The notes under the pieces: generated by a model
The model's input: the letters and a program-made list of their open reading frames with translations, nothing else
Database searches by the model: none
Told to the model about the DNA's origin: nothing
Position numbers and translations under genes: made by a program
From: Planctomycetota bacterium
GTDB taxonomy: Bacteria; Planctomycetota; UBA8108; SXIK01
Length of the DNA: 64,000 nucleotides
Assembly: GCA_965223845.1 (NCBI GenBank)
Contig: CBDCXR010000004.1
Coordinates: 3,520,001-3,584,000 of the forward strand
Reading direction: 5' to 3'
Shown here: piece by piece, positions 38,316-48,660 of the stretch
Layout of the letters: each line of letters starts with the position of its first letter
Numbering within the stretch: position 1 is the stretch's first letter

Positions 38316-39071
38316 ATGGGGCCGATGGCCTCCGCTCACCCTCGCCTTCTCGACTACTCTGCGTCCTCGCCCGCCGAGAATCTCGCGCTCGACGAGGCGC
38401 TTCTTCGTTCGGCCGGCGAAGCGATCGGGGGCGGATCGCCGGCGGCAGAGAACGAATGGCTGCGCTTCTGGGAGAGCGGGGTTCCGTTCGTCGTCCTCGG
38501 TGTCTCGGGGAAATGGCGCGAGGAGATCCGCGAAGAAGCCTGCGCCGCCGATTCCATTCCGATTCTTCGGCGGGCGTCGGGCGGTGGAACGGTCGTCCAG
38601 GGACGGGGCTGCCTCAACTTCTCCCTGGTTCTCTCGATCGGCCTTCGCCCCGAGCTCCGCGACGTTCACGGGAGTTACCGCCACATCATCGATCGCGTCG
38701 CCCGCGCGCTCGGGCCGGAGGGCGCCGCCCTCGCGGGGACTTCCGATCTGGCGATCGACGGGATCAAGATCTCCGGCAACGCGCAGAAGCGGTCGCGAGA
38801 CGTAGTCCTTCACCACGGGACCGTTCTCTACGACTTCGACCTCTCGCTCCTCGACCGCTACCTCGCGCATCCCCCGCGCGAGCCAGAATACCGTAAGGGA
38901 AGATCCCACAGAGACTTCTGCCGAAATCTATCGCTGGGAGCGACCGAACTCCGCGGACGGATCGCCGAGGAGTGGCGCGCGTGCGCGAGCGACCGGTCGC
39001 AAGCGATCCCCGCGGTGGACGCCCTCGTCGCAGAGAAGTACGGGCGGGATGACTGGAATCTCCGGTTCTGA
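38316..39071 (+). CDS. Lipoate-protein ligase family protein
   Basis: NLALDEALL, LRFWE, RRASGGGTV, KISGNAQ, HHGT, KYGRDDWN; start is 38316 or 38325. Confidence 0.92.
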   Translation: MGPMASAHPRLLDYSASSPAENLALDEALLRSAGEAIGGGSPAAENEWLRFWESGVPFVVLGVSGKWREEIREEACAADSIPILRRASGGGTVVQGRGCLNFSLVLSIGLRPELRDVHGSYRHIIDRVARALGPEGAALAGTSDLAIDGIKISGNAQKRSRDVVLHHGTVLYDFDLSLLDRYLAHPPREPEYRKGRSHRDFCRNLSLGATELRGRIAEEWRACASDRSQAIPAVDALVAEKYGRDDWNLRF

Positions 39072-39123
39072 CGACTCCGTGCGATTCGCATCCGCGCCCG
39101 ATGGGAAAAACCGCGAAATCTCC

Positions 39124-39148
39124 GGAACCGCGTCCGGCGACGCCCGTA
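39124..39148 (+). promoter_or_regulatory. ECF-type promoter (GGAAC-N16-CGTA), probably autoregulatory
   Basis: Canonical ECF AAC/CGT architecture upstream of the sigma gene; the same motif recurs at 41232. Confidence 0.7.
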
Positions 39149-39400
39149 TTAGATGAGAGGCGTTTCGATCGGATGGGATCCCCGAGCCGGAGACTGAAAC
39201 TCGGCGCCGCCCCGTTCGGTCGACGTACGGGCCGAACGTGGGAGCCCGATCCGAGAGACCCCATCCGAAGCGAATCGAGACGACGCATCGAAGGAAAGAA
39301 ACGCCGAAGAATGGGATTTCCGAACCGCCATCCGGGACCAAGCCGAGTGCGCCGCGCGCCGTCGAGCGAAGCGCCTCGAGGCGGGGCCGACGACTCGACG

Positions 39401-40009
39401 ATGACCCTCGCGCACCTCGACGACTCAGATTGCGTCGTTCTAGCACGGAGCGGACACGCGGGTGCGAGCGAGGAGCTCGTCCACCGCTACACTCCGATTC
39501 TCTATCGCCTCCAGCTTCGCGTTCTGGGCGATCGCGAGAGCGCTTCGGACGCCGCGCAGGAGACTTTTCTGCGCGCGTTTCGCGCTCTCGACTCCTACGA
39601 CGCCCGACGGAGCTTTCGCGCATGGCTCTGCACGATCGCCTGGAACATCGCCCGCGACCAGTTGCGAAGGCGACGGACCCGCCGGGAACTCGAAGCCTCG
39701 CGTCGCGCGGGAGCGTCCACGTTCGCCCCGTCGGAGATCGTCGACGCGCAGGCTGAATCGGCGCTCGACGCGCTCGCGCGGCGAGAGCGCCGCGACTGGA
39801 TCCAGGCGGGTCTCCTCGAGCTGCGGCCCACGCACCGCGTTCTGCTCTCGCTCCGCGAATTCGAAGGGATGTCGTACGGAGAGCTCGCGGAGCTCTTCGA
39901 CTGTCGAACGGGAACGATCAAGTCGAGACTCAATCGCGCGCGCCTCGAGCTCAAGCGAGTTCTCCTTCGTCACAATCCGCATGCGTTCCTCTCCATCGAC
40001 AAAGGATAA
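39401..40009 (+). CDS. ECF RNA polymerase sigma factor
   Basis: Region 2 DAAQETFLRAF...FRAWLCTIAWN; region 4 LREFEGMSYGELA...GTIKSRLNRAR; start reassigned to ATG 39401. Confidence 0.95.
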   Translation: MTLAHLDDSDCVVLARSGHAGASEELVHRYTPILYRLQLRVLGDRESASDAAQETFLRAFRALDSYDARRSFRAWLCTIAWNIARDQLRRRRTRRELEASRRAGASTFAPSEIVDAQAESALDALARRERRDWIQAGLLELRPTHRVLLSLREFEGMSYGELAELFDCRTGTIKSRLNRARLELKRVLLRHNPHAFLSIDKG

Positions 40010-40078
40010 CGCGATGGATCGACCGCTCCGGTACGGCTCAGATCAGTCAACACTTCCGGTCCACTCGGTGCACCCGCG

Positions 40079-41218
40079 ATGAACTGCTCGACCTGCGAAG
40101 CTCATTTCTCCGACGCGTACGAGTCCGCCCTCACCCCGTCGCGCCGACGGGAGTTCGAGCGGCACCTCGATGGCTGCACGGAATGTCGCCGCGGCTTCGC
40201 GGAACTTCGCTCCGTCCTCGCCCGATTGCGCGACGTCGCCCCTCCGTCTCCGCCGCCGGATCTCGCCGATCGCATCTGCGAGACGCTGGCCGCCGATCGA
40301 GCTGAAGCCGCACCGGTGCGCGTCCCCAGTGCGCGGCGCTGGCGACCGTGGGCCGGGATCGCTGCGCTCGTGCTTGTTACGATCAGCGCGTTTCTCATCG
40401 GCCGGTCGCTGTTGCGCGCGGAACGCGACGCTTGGCGGAGTCGCGCGACGGCGAGCGAAAGTGATGTCACGCGGCTCGGCGAGTCGGTTCGGCAGCTCGA
40501 AGGCGAGATCGAGCGCAGCCGGCGCGAGCGCGAGGCGATGTTCGCACGACTGGAGCAGCGGAACCGGACCGAAGGGGATTCGGCCGACGCGGCTCGTGCC
40601 CGCGCGGACGAGCTCGCGCGCGAGCTCGAGGCGACGACGGCACAGATCGAAGCCTTGACCGCGCTCGTCGCCGAGATGCGTTCGCGGCATCGCGAAGTGG
40701 AATCGGAGTCGTACCGACTGCGAACCGAGCTCGCGGAGGCGCGTCGGGCCGCCGATGCCACCGCGGCGAACGAAGCGCCGGCCGTCGGGGAGCAGACCGA
40801 CGCTGACGAGTCGGTCCTCATCGCACGGGCGGATCACCGCGAACAAACGGAGTGGACCGCATCGGACCGAACGCCGGCAGCTCGACTGCCGCGCACTCGC
40901 GTCGTGCGGCGTGGGTCGACGGTCGAGCTTCAAGTCGCGGGTTCGGAGTCGGACTACGTTCCCGAGCTCCTTCGCCTCGCACGCGAAGGCGATGACCCCG
41001 AGCTCGTCGACGCCGCGCTCGTCACGCTCGAAGAATCACTCCTCGTCGAGGCTCCCACCGCTCGACGCGGGCGAGTGCGCCCGCAGCACCCCGACCTCGC
41101 CTCCTGGTTCGGACGGCAAATCGGCCGGGACGCCACTCCCGTGGCGGCGACGCCGCTGACGCGAGAGGTTCGTCTCGAGCGCTGCCTCGCCGCCTGGGAG
41201 TTGAAGCAGAGGCGATAA
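40079..41218 (+). CDS. zf-HC2 (ZAS) anti-sigma factor with TM and long periplasmic coiled coil
   Basis: MNC...HLDGCTEC (HxxxCxxC), TM, about 120 aa heptad-rich segment, uncharacterised C-terminal domain. Confidence 0.88.
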   Translation: MNCSTCEAHFSDAYESALTPSRRREFERHLDGCTECRRGFAELRSVLARLRDVAPPSPPPDLADRICETLAADRAEAAPVRVPSARRWRPWAGIAALVLVTISAFLIGRSLLRAERDAWRSRATASESDVTRLGESVRQLEGEIERSRREREAMFARLEQRNRTEGDSADAARARADELARELEATTAQIEALTALVAEMRSRHREVESESYRLRTELAEARRAADATAANEAPAVGEQTDADESVLIARADHREQTEWTASDRTPAARLPRTRVVRRGSTVELQVAGSESDYVPELLRLAREGDDPELVDAALVTLEESLLVEAPTARRGRVRPQHPDLASWFGRQIGRDATPVAATPLTREVRLERCLAAWELKQRR

Positions 41219-41231
41219 TCGCGCCGCCGGC

Positions 41232-41256
41232 GGAACCTCGCGCTTCCGCGCACGTA
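41232..41256 (+). promoter_or_regulatory. Second ECF-type promoter (GGAAC-N16-CGTA), for the PDZ lipoprotein gene
   Basis: CGGAACCTCGCGCTTCCGCGCACGTACT; same boxes and spacing as 39124. Confidence 0.7.
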
Positions 41257-41365
41257 CTCTGAACGGGTGGCCCATGAGGGCCGCGCGTCACGCGACACGA
41301 AGTACGTCCTTCTCGTCACCGGACGAGAAACGTTCGTTCACGAAACATCACGAAAAGGGATTCCA

Positions 41366-42517
41366 ATGAGACTCGCTGCTAGATCCACCGGAGTGGTGCT
41401 CTCTCTCTCGCTCGTCGGCTGCGTCAACTTCTGCGACACGGACAACGACTCCGCATTGCTCCTCTCCCGGATCGCGATTCCCCCGACCGCGACGGTCGAG
41501 GGGAGTCTCGCCGAGTTCGATGTCGCCCCGGGCGAAACCGTCCTCCGGCAGCACTATTCGATCGAGGAGGGCGGCACCTTCGTCCTCCACCGGACGGTCG
41601 AGACCGAGGTCGCCTCGCTCCACGCGGCGATCTCTTCCATCGACGAGAACGCAGCCGAGGTCGAGGGTCACGAGCCGTTTTCGGCCGTGCTCGTTCGAGG
41701 TGTCGAGCGGGACGGCGCCGCCGCGGCCGCCGGTCTCCACGCTGGTGACGTGATCCGCTCGTTCGACGGGAAACCCGTCTCGCATCGAGATCAACTCCTC
41801 CATCTCCTCGAAGAGAAGAGCCCGGGTGACGTCGTGACGGTCGGCTACGGGCGCTACCGTGACGAGTTCGAGGTCGACGTCACTCTCGGCGCAGAATCTA
41901 GGCTCGAGAGTGCGAAGCGAACGCGAGTGGAGCTGCCGTTCGTGAACGACCAGGATCGCGCCGGGCTCTCCCTCGCGGAGCTGACGCCGCGGCTCGTTCC
42001 GCTCGTCAGCGCCGCGCCGGCGGTCGCGAACGAGGCGCGCGGAGCCCTCATCGTGACGAACGTGCTACCGGGCGGTCCGGCGTTCTTCGGCGACGTTCGC
42101 GTCCGCGACCTCCTCGTTCGCGTCGCCGACGTTCCCGTCGCTTCGGTCGACGACTACCTGCGCGCGCTTGCGGACTCTACGGTCGGAGACGACGTCCCGT
42201 GCGTCGTGATCCGCGATGGCGTCGAACACGAAACGACCATCGAGCTCGCCGATGAAGCGACTGCGGATGGTGGATTCAACTTGATCAGTCTCGTCAAGTA
42301 CCGTCGCCGCCCCGAGCACCGCGAGTTCTCTCTCGTGTGGGAGCTACTCTTCAACGCCGAGCGCTGTCACGCGGTCGAGTCGGAGCACAACCGACCCGTT
42401 CACAAGAGCTCGACGCGCTGGGGCGCCCTCCTCAATCTGGTCCACTACGCGAGCCACCGCGGCGGCGTCGAGATCCGCCTCCTCTGGTTCCTGCCGATTT
42501 CGTTCCGGCGCAGCTGA
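41366..42517 (+). CDS. Double-PDZ lipoprotein without protease domain
   Basis: AAAGGGA SD; lipobox LVGC; PDZ motifs AAAAGLHAGDVIRSFDG and VLPGGPAFFGDVRVRDLLVRV; aromatic/amphipathic C-terminus. Confidence 0.8.
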   Translation: MRLAARSTGVVLSLSLVGCVNFCDTDNDSALLLSRIAIPPTATVEGSLAEFDVAPGETVLRQHYSIEEGGTFVLHRTVETEVASLHAAISSIDENAAEVEGHEPFSAVLVRGVERDGAAAAAGLHAGDVIRSFDGKPVSHRDQLLHLLEEKSPGDVVTVGYGRYRDEFEVDVTLGAESRLESAKRTRVELPFVNDQDRAGLSLAELTPRLVPLVSAAPAVANEARGALIVTNVLPGGPAFFGDVRVRDLLVRVADVPVASVDDYLRALADSTVGDDVPCVVIRDGVEHETTIELADEATADGGFNLISLVKYRRRPEHREFSLVWELLFNAERCHAVESEHNRPVHKSSTRWGALLNLVHYASHRGGVEIRLLWFLPISFRRS

Positions 42518-42619
42518 ATCGCGCAGCACGGGCACCGGCTCGTCGCGTTCGGGTTGCGGCAGCCGTCGCGCTCCGCTACAAGGGGCGGGGACGGACCGTT
42601 TCACCCCTGCGAGATTCCC

Positions 42620-43741
42620 ATGAACGTCGAATCGCCCGGCGAGCCCGCTTCCGCCGACGCCCCGCGTCCTACGCTTCCCGTTCGCCACCGCGTGGCGGCG
42701 GCCGATGCCGGGACGCGCGTCGACCGGTACATCAAGCGGATCTACCCGAAGCTCCCGATCGGCGTCGTCTTCAAGCTCCTCCGAAAGCGCAAGATCACGG
42801 TCGATCGAAAGCGCACCTCGGCGAGCTCGCGCCTCGAGGCGGATCAGGTCGTCGAGGTGTTCGAGAATCTCGACGGATACACCTTGCCTCCCGGCGAGCA
42901 TCTCCGGCGAGCTGCGCGCGTCCGCGACGGCGGACACTTTCAGAAGCAGTTTCGCGTCCTTCACGAAGACACTGCGATCATCGTGCTCGACAAGCCGGCG
43001 GGAATCGTCGTCCACCCCGGTCCGAGGCATCATACCGGCGACACTCTTCTCGACCTTCTGAAGGCGCATCTTCCCGAGCTCTACGCGGACGACTCGGACT
43101 ACGCGCCCGGTTTCGCCCACCGGCTCGACCGCGGGACGAGCGGAGTCATCGTTGCAGCGAAGACGCGCGCGGCGGCGCAGGCGCTCGAGGTCGCGTTTCG
43201 ATCCCACCTCGCGCGCAAGACGTACATCACTCTTGTCGCGGGTATCCCCAAGAAGGGCGGAGGAAAGATCGACTACCCGATCGAGCACGAGCGGACGCCG
43301 TCGGGGAAGAACCGTTTCACCGCGGTGAAGGCGAGAGGGCGGAAGCGACAGCTCGCCGGTCGCATGCAGGCCGCGCTCACCCGCTATCGCGTGCGCGAGC
43401 GATTTCCGGGCGCGAGCCTCGTCGAAGTGGAGACCGAGACCGGACGGACGCATCAGATCCGGGCGCACATGACCGCGATCGGTCACCCACTCGCCGGAGA
43501 CGGCGACTACGGAAAGCGACTCACGAACCGCCGCTTCCGCGAGGACTACGGCCTCGAGCACCTTCTTCTTCACGCGTGGCGCCTCGAGCTGCCTCACCCG
43601 GCGACCGGAGAGACGATGCGATTCGACGCGCCGACACCGCCCGAGCTCGAGCGAGTGCTCGCGAAGCTTCGACGTCGCGCCGAGAAGGATCGGGAGCGGC
43701 GCGAGCAACTCCGGGACGCGGAGTCTCGCGCGGGCGATTGA
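42620..43741 (+). CDS. RluA family pseudouridine synthase (S4 domain; RluC/RluD-like)
   Basis: RVDRYI S4 domain, DKPAGIVVH, HRLDRGTSG, TGRTHQIRAH, LHAWRL. Confidence 0.95.
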   Translation: MNVESPGEPASADAPRPTLPVRHRVAAADAGTRVDRYIKRIYPKLPIGVVFKLLRKRKITVDRKRTSASSRLEADQVVEVFENLDGYTLPPGEHLRRAARVRDGGHFQKQFRVLHEDTAIIVLDKPAGIVVHPGPRHHTGDTLLDLLKAHLPELYADDSDYAPGFAHRLDRGTSGVIVAAKTRAAAQALEVAFRSHLARKTYITLVAGIPKKGGGKIDYPIEHERTPSGKNRFTAVKARGRKRQLAGRMQAALTRYRVRERFPGASLVEVETETGRTHQIRAHMTAIGHPLAGDGDYGKRLTNRRFREDYGLEHLLLHAWRLELPHPATGETMRFDAPTPPELERVLAKLRRRAEKDRERREQLRDAESRAGD

Positions 43742-43770
43742 TCGAAGGACGGCTTCAATCTCGCTCCATC

Positions 43771-43819
43771 AAAAAAAAGAGCGCGGCGGAACGCTCCTCG
43801 AGGAACGATCCGCCGCGCT
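43771..43819 (-). terminator. Intrinsic terminator of the MFS gene
   Basis: 11-bp stem (43780-43790 with 43809-43819) plus A8 on the plus strand (U8 on minus). Confidence 0.85.
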
Positions 43820-43846
43820 TCTCGCCGAAGGCTGGCGCGTGTTTCG

Positions 43847-45469
43847 CTAGCCTTCCGACTGCGACAGGTCGATCGGTTTGTACCCGCCGCGCGACTTGAA
43901 GTAGAAGATCAGGATCAAGTAGCAGACCAGCATGAAGGTCGGGAAGAGCGCCATCGTCGCGAGCGCGCCTTGGGAACTGCGACCTCGGATGTCTTTGATC
44001 TTCGCGCCAACGCCTTCGCGCTGCGCTTCGGGAAGCTGGTCGATTACCTCCTCCAGCCGAGCGTCATCGATCGCCTTATAGCTCCCGACGATACTCGTTT
44101 GATCTGCGAGAACGGAGATCTCCCCGTTCACGACGAGCCCTGGGATCTCCGCCTGAATCTCCTCGTTCGCTACGATCGCTGCATTTTCCTTCTCGACTTG
44201 GAGAAGGCCAATGAACGGAAAACCGATCGTGCCGACGGCGAGCATTCCGATGCCGCTGATTGCGTTCAGCGTAAGCGCTCCGCCCTTCGGACTCTGCTCG
44301 GTGACAACTCCGAGCATCGTCGGCCAGAAGAAGGTCTTTCCGATTCCGTACAGAGTTGCCGCCCCGAAGATGACCATGCCGGTAGCGAACGAAAGCCAGT
44401 AGAGCCCAGCGATCGCGAGGACCGCACTGACGGCGAGAAGACCGAGCGGCGAGAGGCTGTGAACGATCGGACCAGCGAAGAACCTCAGTACCAGCATGAT
44501 CGCGGCGGTGTAGACGAGCACCCAGCCCGAGTCAAACTTATTGTCGGCTGCGATACCCTTGAGGATGTTCTCGATCCATCCGTCCGTCCCGATCTCCGTG
44601 ACAGCGAGCGGCATCATGATGACCGTCATGAAAAACATGAATGGCCGGCCGAGCGCCTGCGTGTACGCGCCGAACGCGACGACCATCGCGATGCCGAGAC
44701 CGATGAACACCCACTGGTTCACGCCCGGGAAGTACGCCATGAGCTGGAGCACGAAGAGGACGGCGACGATGATCGCACCGAGAATCCCGAACTCCTGAAG
44801 CATCTCGCGGTAGCTCACGCCCGCCGAAACTCGCTCTTGGACGGGGAACTTCGCTCCGATCAACATCACGCCGTAGATTAGAGTGGGGATCGCGATGATG
44901 CCGACCTTGTACGCCCATGGAGTTTCGGCCATGAAGATCACGATGATCCCCGTGACCACGAGCCCACCGGGCCAGCCGGCATGAAGGATGTTCAGCCACT
45001 TGGTCTTTTCCTTGCTGAACATCGTCGCCACGACCGGGTTGATGAACGCTTCGACCGTTCCGTTCCCGAGCGCGAGAATCAGGCTTCCCCAGAAGAGGAG
45101 ATTGTACGCGAACGCCTTGTCGTCCGCAGTCGGAACGAACCCCTCGCCTCCGTGCGTCACAAAGTACGCCGAAACTCCCATCACCGCCCAAATCAGGTGG
45201 CACACAAACGCGAAAACCATCGAGCGTTTGTACCCCACGTAGTCGATGACGAGACTGAAGAGGATGATGCTGACGGCGAACGGCCAGATACCGATTCCAA
45301 GGAGCATGCCTCCCTGCTGCGCATCGAGGTCGAATTCCTCACTCCAGGTATCGACTAGAAACATCCGCCCCACGAACCCGAACGCGGTCGTGATGAGCGC
45401 GATGAAGCATCCCCAAAACAGCACTTGGGAGCCGCTGCCATTCGCAGCGGAATCGTTTTGATCTGACAT
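43847..45469 (-). CDS. MFS transporter, probable sugar importer
   Basis: [55 protein letters not shown]; start reassigned to MSDQ with GAGGA SD. Confidence 0.9.
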   Translation of the reverse strand: MSDQNDSAANGSGSQVLFWGCFIALITTAFGFVGRMFLVDTWSEEFDLDAQQGGMLLGIGIWPFAVSIILFSLVIDYVGYKRSMVFAFVCHLIWAVMGVSAYFVTHGGEGFVPTADDKAFAYNLLFWGSLILALGNGTVEAFINPVVATMFSKEKTKWLNILHAGWPGGLVVTGIIVIFMAETPWAYKVGIIAIPTLIYGVMLIGAKFPVQERVSAGVSYREMLQEFGILGAIIVAVLFVLQLMAYFPGVNQWVFIGLGIAMVVAFGAYTQALGRPFMFFMTVIMMPLAVTEIGTDGWIENILKGIAADNKFDSGWVLVYTAAIMLVLRFFAGPIVHSLSPLGLLAVSAVLAIAGLYWLSFATGMVIFGAATLYGIGKTFFWPTMLGVVTEQSPKGGALTLNAISGIGMLAVGTIGFPFIGLLQVEKENAAIVANEEIQAEIPGLVVNGEISVLADQTSIVGSYKAIDDARLEEVIDQLPEAQREGVGAKIKDIRGRSSQGALATMALFPTFMLVCYLILIFYFKSRGGYKPIDLSQSEG

Positions 45470-46174
45470 AGCGATTCGTCTCGTTCCTCGACCGCACTTC
45501 CCGTGCACCGACGGCACTCCCGTCGAACTCTCGCAATCGGCGCCCGCGAGCGGAAGCCTGGCGCGCCGTCACCTTCCCCCGAGGAAAGCGGAGAGTCCTT
45601 GTATCGAGCGGAGTGCCGTCGACTGCTGTCGACCCGGCGATCGCCGTGTGCTGCCGATCGGAGGACGAGAGTTCGCACGAACGAGGTCTACAGACGTACC
45701 CCGGCTCCGTCGCGCTCGCGAGTGGAGGGCGAATCGGTTCAGGTCGCCGGTCTGCGTCGGAGAACTCGTCTCGTCGGGCTCGTTTCTCTCGAACGGGCGT
45801 GAGCGCAGCGAATGCGCGCCCTTCGCGGTACGTGAACAACACGAAACCGCGAGCGAAGGAACAGCGCCGCCACGCCCGTGGGCGTTCGCCCCGGAAGCAA
45901 AGATGACCAGCGATGACCGGTCCGGAATTTACCGAACTGAGACCTTAACTGCGGGTAGAAAACCGGTCAACGCAATTCTCCATCTCCCAAGTCGAGTTAT
46001 CGGAATGACTTCCGACTTCGAGCGGACGAGCCCGCCGGCTCGACGGGGAGCCGTGCCGTCTTCGAGTCGATCGCTTCCGACCGCGAACTTGCCGGAGCGT
46101 TCGACTCGTTCGAGAATGCCGAGGACGACACACTCTCGCCGGCGACCGGGAGAAGCACTCGACAAGGAGACACG

Positions 46175-48547
46175 ATGGCGCAGAAGAGGCGCGGACGCGT
46201 CGTCGGCTGGCTGGCCACCGGCTCGCTGGTTGTCCTCATCGTTGGCGCCGTCCTCGGACGGGATCTCATCTTCGAGCGGTGGCACATCCACCGGCTGAAG
46301 CGGGGAAACGCCGAAGAGGCCATCGCGGCGTCGGCCGAGCTCGGTCGCCTGCGCTCCGGGCGAGGGCTGAGAGAGCTCATCCGCCTACCCGCGGAACGAG
46401 ACGTCGAGTGGACGGACTGCCTCGGTGCCTTCGGGGTGGAACCGCTCCGCGAGATCGCGTCGCGCGTCCTCCCCGATGTCGTCGGCGCCCTCGATTCACC
46501 CGAGGAAGTCACGCGCTCGCGGGCGCTCTCCGTCTTGGAGGCCCTGGGCGGAGCGGCGTCGGAGGCGGTCGTTCGGGTTGCGAAACGCAGCGCGAGCCTC
46601 TCGGCGAACGAGAGAGTTCGCGCGGTCAACGTCCTCAGTCAAGCGGTCGTCGCGCAGCCCGATGTGCTCACGGACATCATCGATGCTCTGCGTGATCACG
46701 ACGAGATCGCGGCGAACACGATTCAGTACATCCTCTTCTACGCGGCGAACGAATCCCCGGAGCTGATCGGTCCGCTCTTGAGCTCGATCGAACACCCTTC
46801 GGAGACCATGCGCTATCGCATCGTCCAGATCGTCGGGTCGATCGGAAGCGCCGCCGCGGCAGCGATCCCCAAGCTGGAAGCTGCGCTGGAGGACGCGTCG
46901 CCGCGACTGCGATCGGCCGCGCTCACCGCGATCGCGTCGATGCGCGAGCTCGCTGTCGACAGCGTCCCGAAGATTCTTGCGCGCTTCGCGGATGTCGACA
47001 GCGGCGTGAGAGATCAGGCCGCGAAGGTCGCAGCGTTTCTCACCCAACAGAACGAAAGCTTGCTCGACGCGATTCGGGAGCGACTGAGTGCGCCGCGTGC
47101 GGTCGTCCGCCGGCAGGCTGTACTTTCGCTCTCCTATCTGGGCGAAAAGGCCAAAGCGGCGCTTCCGGACATCGTCGCCGCCGCGCGAGACTCCGATCCG
47201 AGCGTTCGCCAAACCGCGATGGACGCATTCCCTGCCGTCGCACCGGCGAGCGACGATGCGACCGACGCACTCATCCGCGGACTCGACGACGCGGACTCTC
47301 GCGTCAAAACGGCTGCAGTTCAGGGCCTCGGCATGATCCAGAGTCCGGAACACGCGAAGCGCGCCGTTCCGGCTCTCGCGCGTAAGCTCTCCGACGAGGA
47401 CATCGACCTCGACATTCTCGGTGCGTTTCGAACGCTCAGCCACCGATTCGGCGACATCGTCCTCCGCGAGCACCAAATCCTCGAGTCCGAGAACGAGAGG
47501 ATTCGGGAGATCTACGTCTCCGCGATCGCGGGGATCGACGGTTCGGCCGAGTGGCTGGTCGCGGCGCTCGGCGATGCCTCTCCCCGTGTTCGTTTGATGG
47601 CTCTCCTGAGCTTGAAGAGCGAAGAGTCGATCGACGATAAGATCTTCGCCGCAGTACTCGCCCGACTGGACGATGAAGAGAGCGATGTCCGCACGGCGGC
47701 CGCGGAGGCACTCGCCGCGCTCACGCCGCAATGGGAGGGCTCGATCGCGAGTCTCCGGAACGTCTTTGAATCCGGCTCGGAGCGGCAGCGCATCGGCGTC
47801 GCCCTCGCGTGCGGTCATATGGGCTCGACCGCCGCGCCCTTCGTCGATCTCATCGCGCGCGCCGCGACGGACGACGCTTCGACCCTCGTCCGGGAACAAG
47901 CGACGTTCGCGCTCGGACACATTGCGATCGCCCGCGACGATCTCGTCGACGTCCTCTTTCGCGCGCTCCTCGACGACGAACCGAGCATTCCGCCGGCCGC
48001 GCGCAACTCGCTCGGCCTCATCGCGATCGCTGACCTCGATGAGATGAAGGGACGCGGACGCGGCGTGGCGAGCGTTCTCCGTGGGTTCGAGAGTGAGAAT
48101 CCCATCGTCCGGAGCGGAGTCCTCGACGCGCTGATTCACGTCGACCCGGCGATCACCGGCGTAAAGGATGCGTTCCTGCGCGCGCTCTCCGACTCCGACG
48201 TTCGAGTGAGGCGGCGCGCCGCGGATCAACTCGTCTACTGGAGCGATCCGAGCGGGGATCTCGGCGACGCGCTGAGCGATTGCCTCACCGACGAGCACGC
48301 CGAGGTGCGGGTCGCGGCGGCTTCGAGTCTCGAGCGATTCGCCGAGGTCTCGAGCTCCGTCGTGCCGCGGCTCGTCGCCGCTCTCGACGATGCGGATACC
48401 GACGTTCGCGAAGCGGCGGGGCACGCGCTGATACGGATCGCGGGGGCGTCTTCCGAAAGACGCGAGGAGATCCTCGCCGCGCGGGAGAAGGCGACCGGAC
48501 GAATTCGATCCGGGCTCGACGCCATGTTCGAGCCCAGCGAGGAGTAG
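46175..48547 (+). CDS. HEAT repeat protein with N-terminal membrane anchor
   Basis: AAGGAG SD; TM; many L-x-D-x-x-x-x-VR-x-x-AA-x-AL repeats. Confidence 0.9.
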   Translation: MAQKRRGRVVGWLATGSLVVLIVGAVLGRDLIFERWHIHRLKRGNAEEAIAASAELGRLRSGRGLRELIRLPAERDVEWTDCLGAFGVEPLREIASRVLPDVVGALDSPEEVTRSRALSVLEALGGAASEAVVRVAKRSASLSANERVRAVNVLSQAVVAQPDVLTDIIDALRDHDEIAANTIQYILFYAANESPELIGPLLSSIEHPSETMRYRIVQIVGSIGSAAAAAIPKLEAALEDASPRLRSAALTAIASMRELAVDSVPKILARFADVDSGVRDQAAKVAAFLTQQNESLLDAIRERLSAPRAVVRRQAVLSLSYLGEKAKAALPDIVAAARDSDPSVRQTAMDAFPAVAPASDDATDALIRGLDDADSRVKTAAVQGLGMIQSPEHAKRAVPALARKLSDEDIDLDILGAFRTLSHRFGDIVLREHQILESENERIREIYVSAIAGIDGSAEWLVAALGDASPRVRLMALLSLKSEESIDDKIFAAVLARLDDEESDVRTAAAEALAALTPQWEGSIASLRNVFESGSERQRIGVALACGHMGSTAAPFVDLIARAATDDASTLVREQATFALGHIAIARDDLVDVLFRALLDDEPSIPPAARNSLGLIAIADLDEMKGRGRGVASVLRGFESENPIVRSGVLDALIHVDPAITGVKDAFLRALSDSDVRVRRRAADQLVYWSDPSGDLGDALSDCLTDEHAEVRVAAASSLERFAEVSSSVVPRLVAALDDADTDVREAAGHALIRIAGASSERREEILAAREKATGRIRSGLDAMFEPSEE

Positions 48548-48660
48548 AATGCGCGATTGAGATGAGATCTCTCGTCTCGACCTCCCGCGACGCCCTGCGA
48601 GCCGTTACGCAGATCGATGCGTGCGATCGCCCTTCCGAAGCACCACCGAGACGAGATTCC

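Noticed and set aside
39195-39220. TGAAAC as an additional ECF promoter
   Set aside because: No CGT at the 16-nt spacing used by the two good copies.
45470-46174. 700-bp divergent region with an AT-richer patch near 45925-46010
   Set aside because: Probably ordinary promoters; I could not define a repeat, operator or credible ORF.
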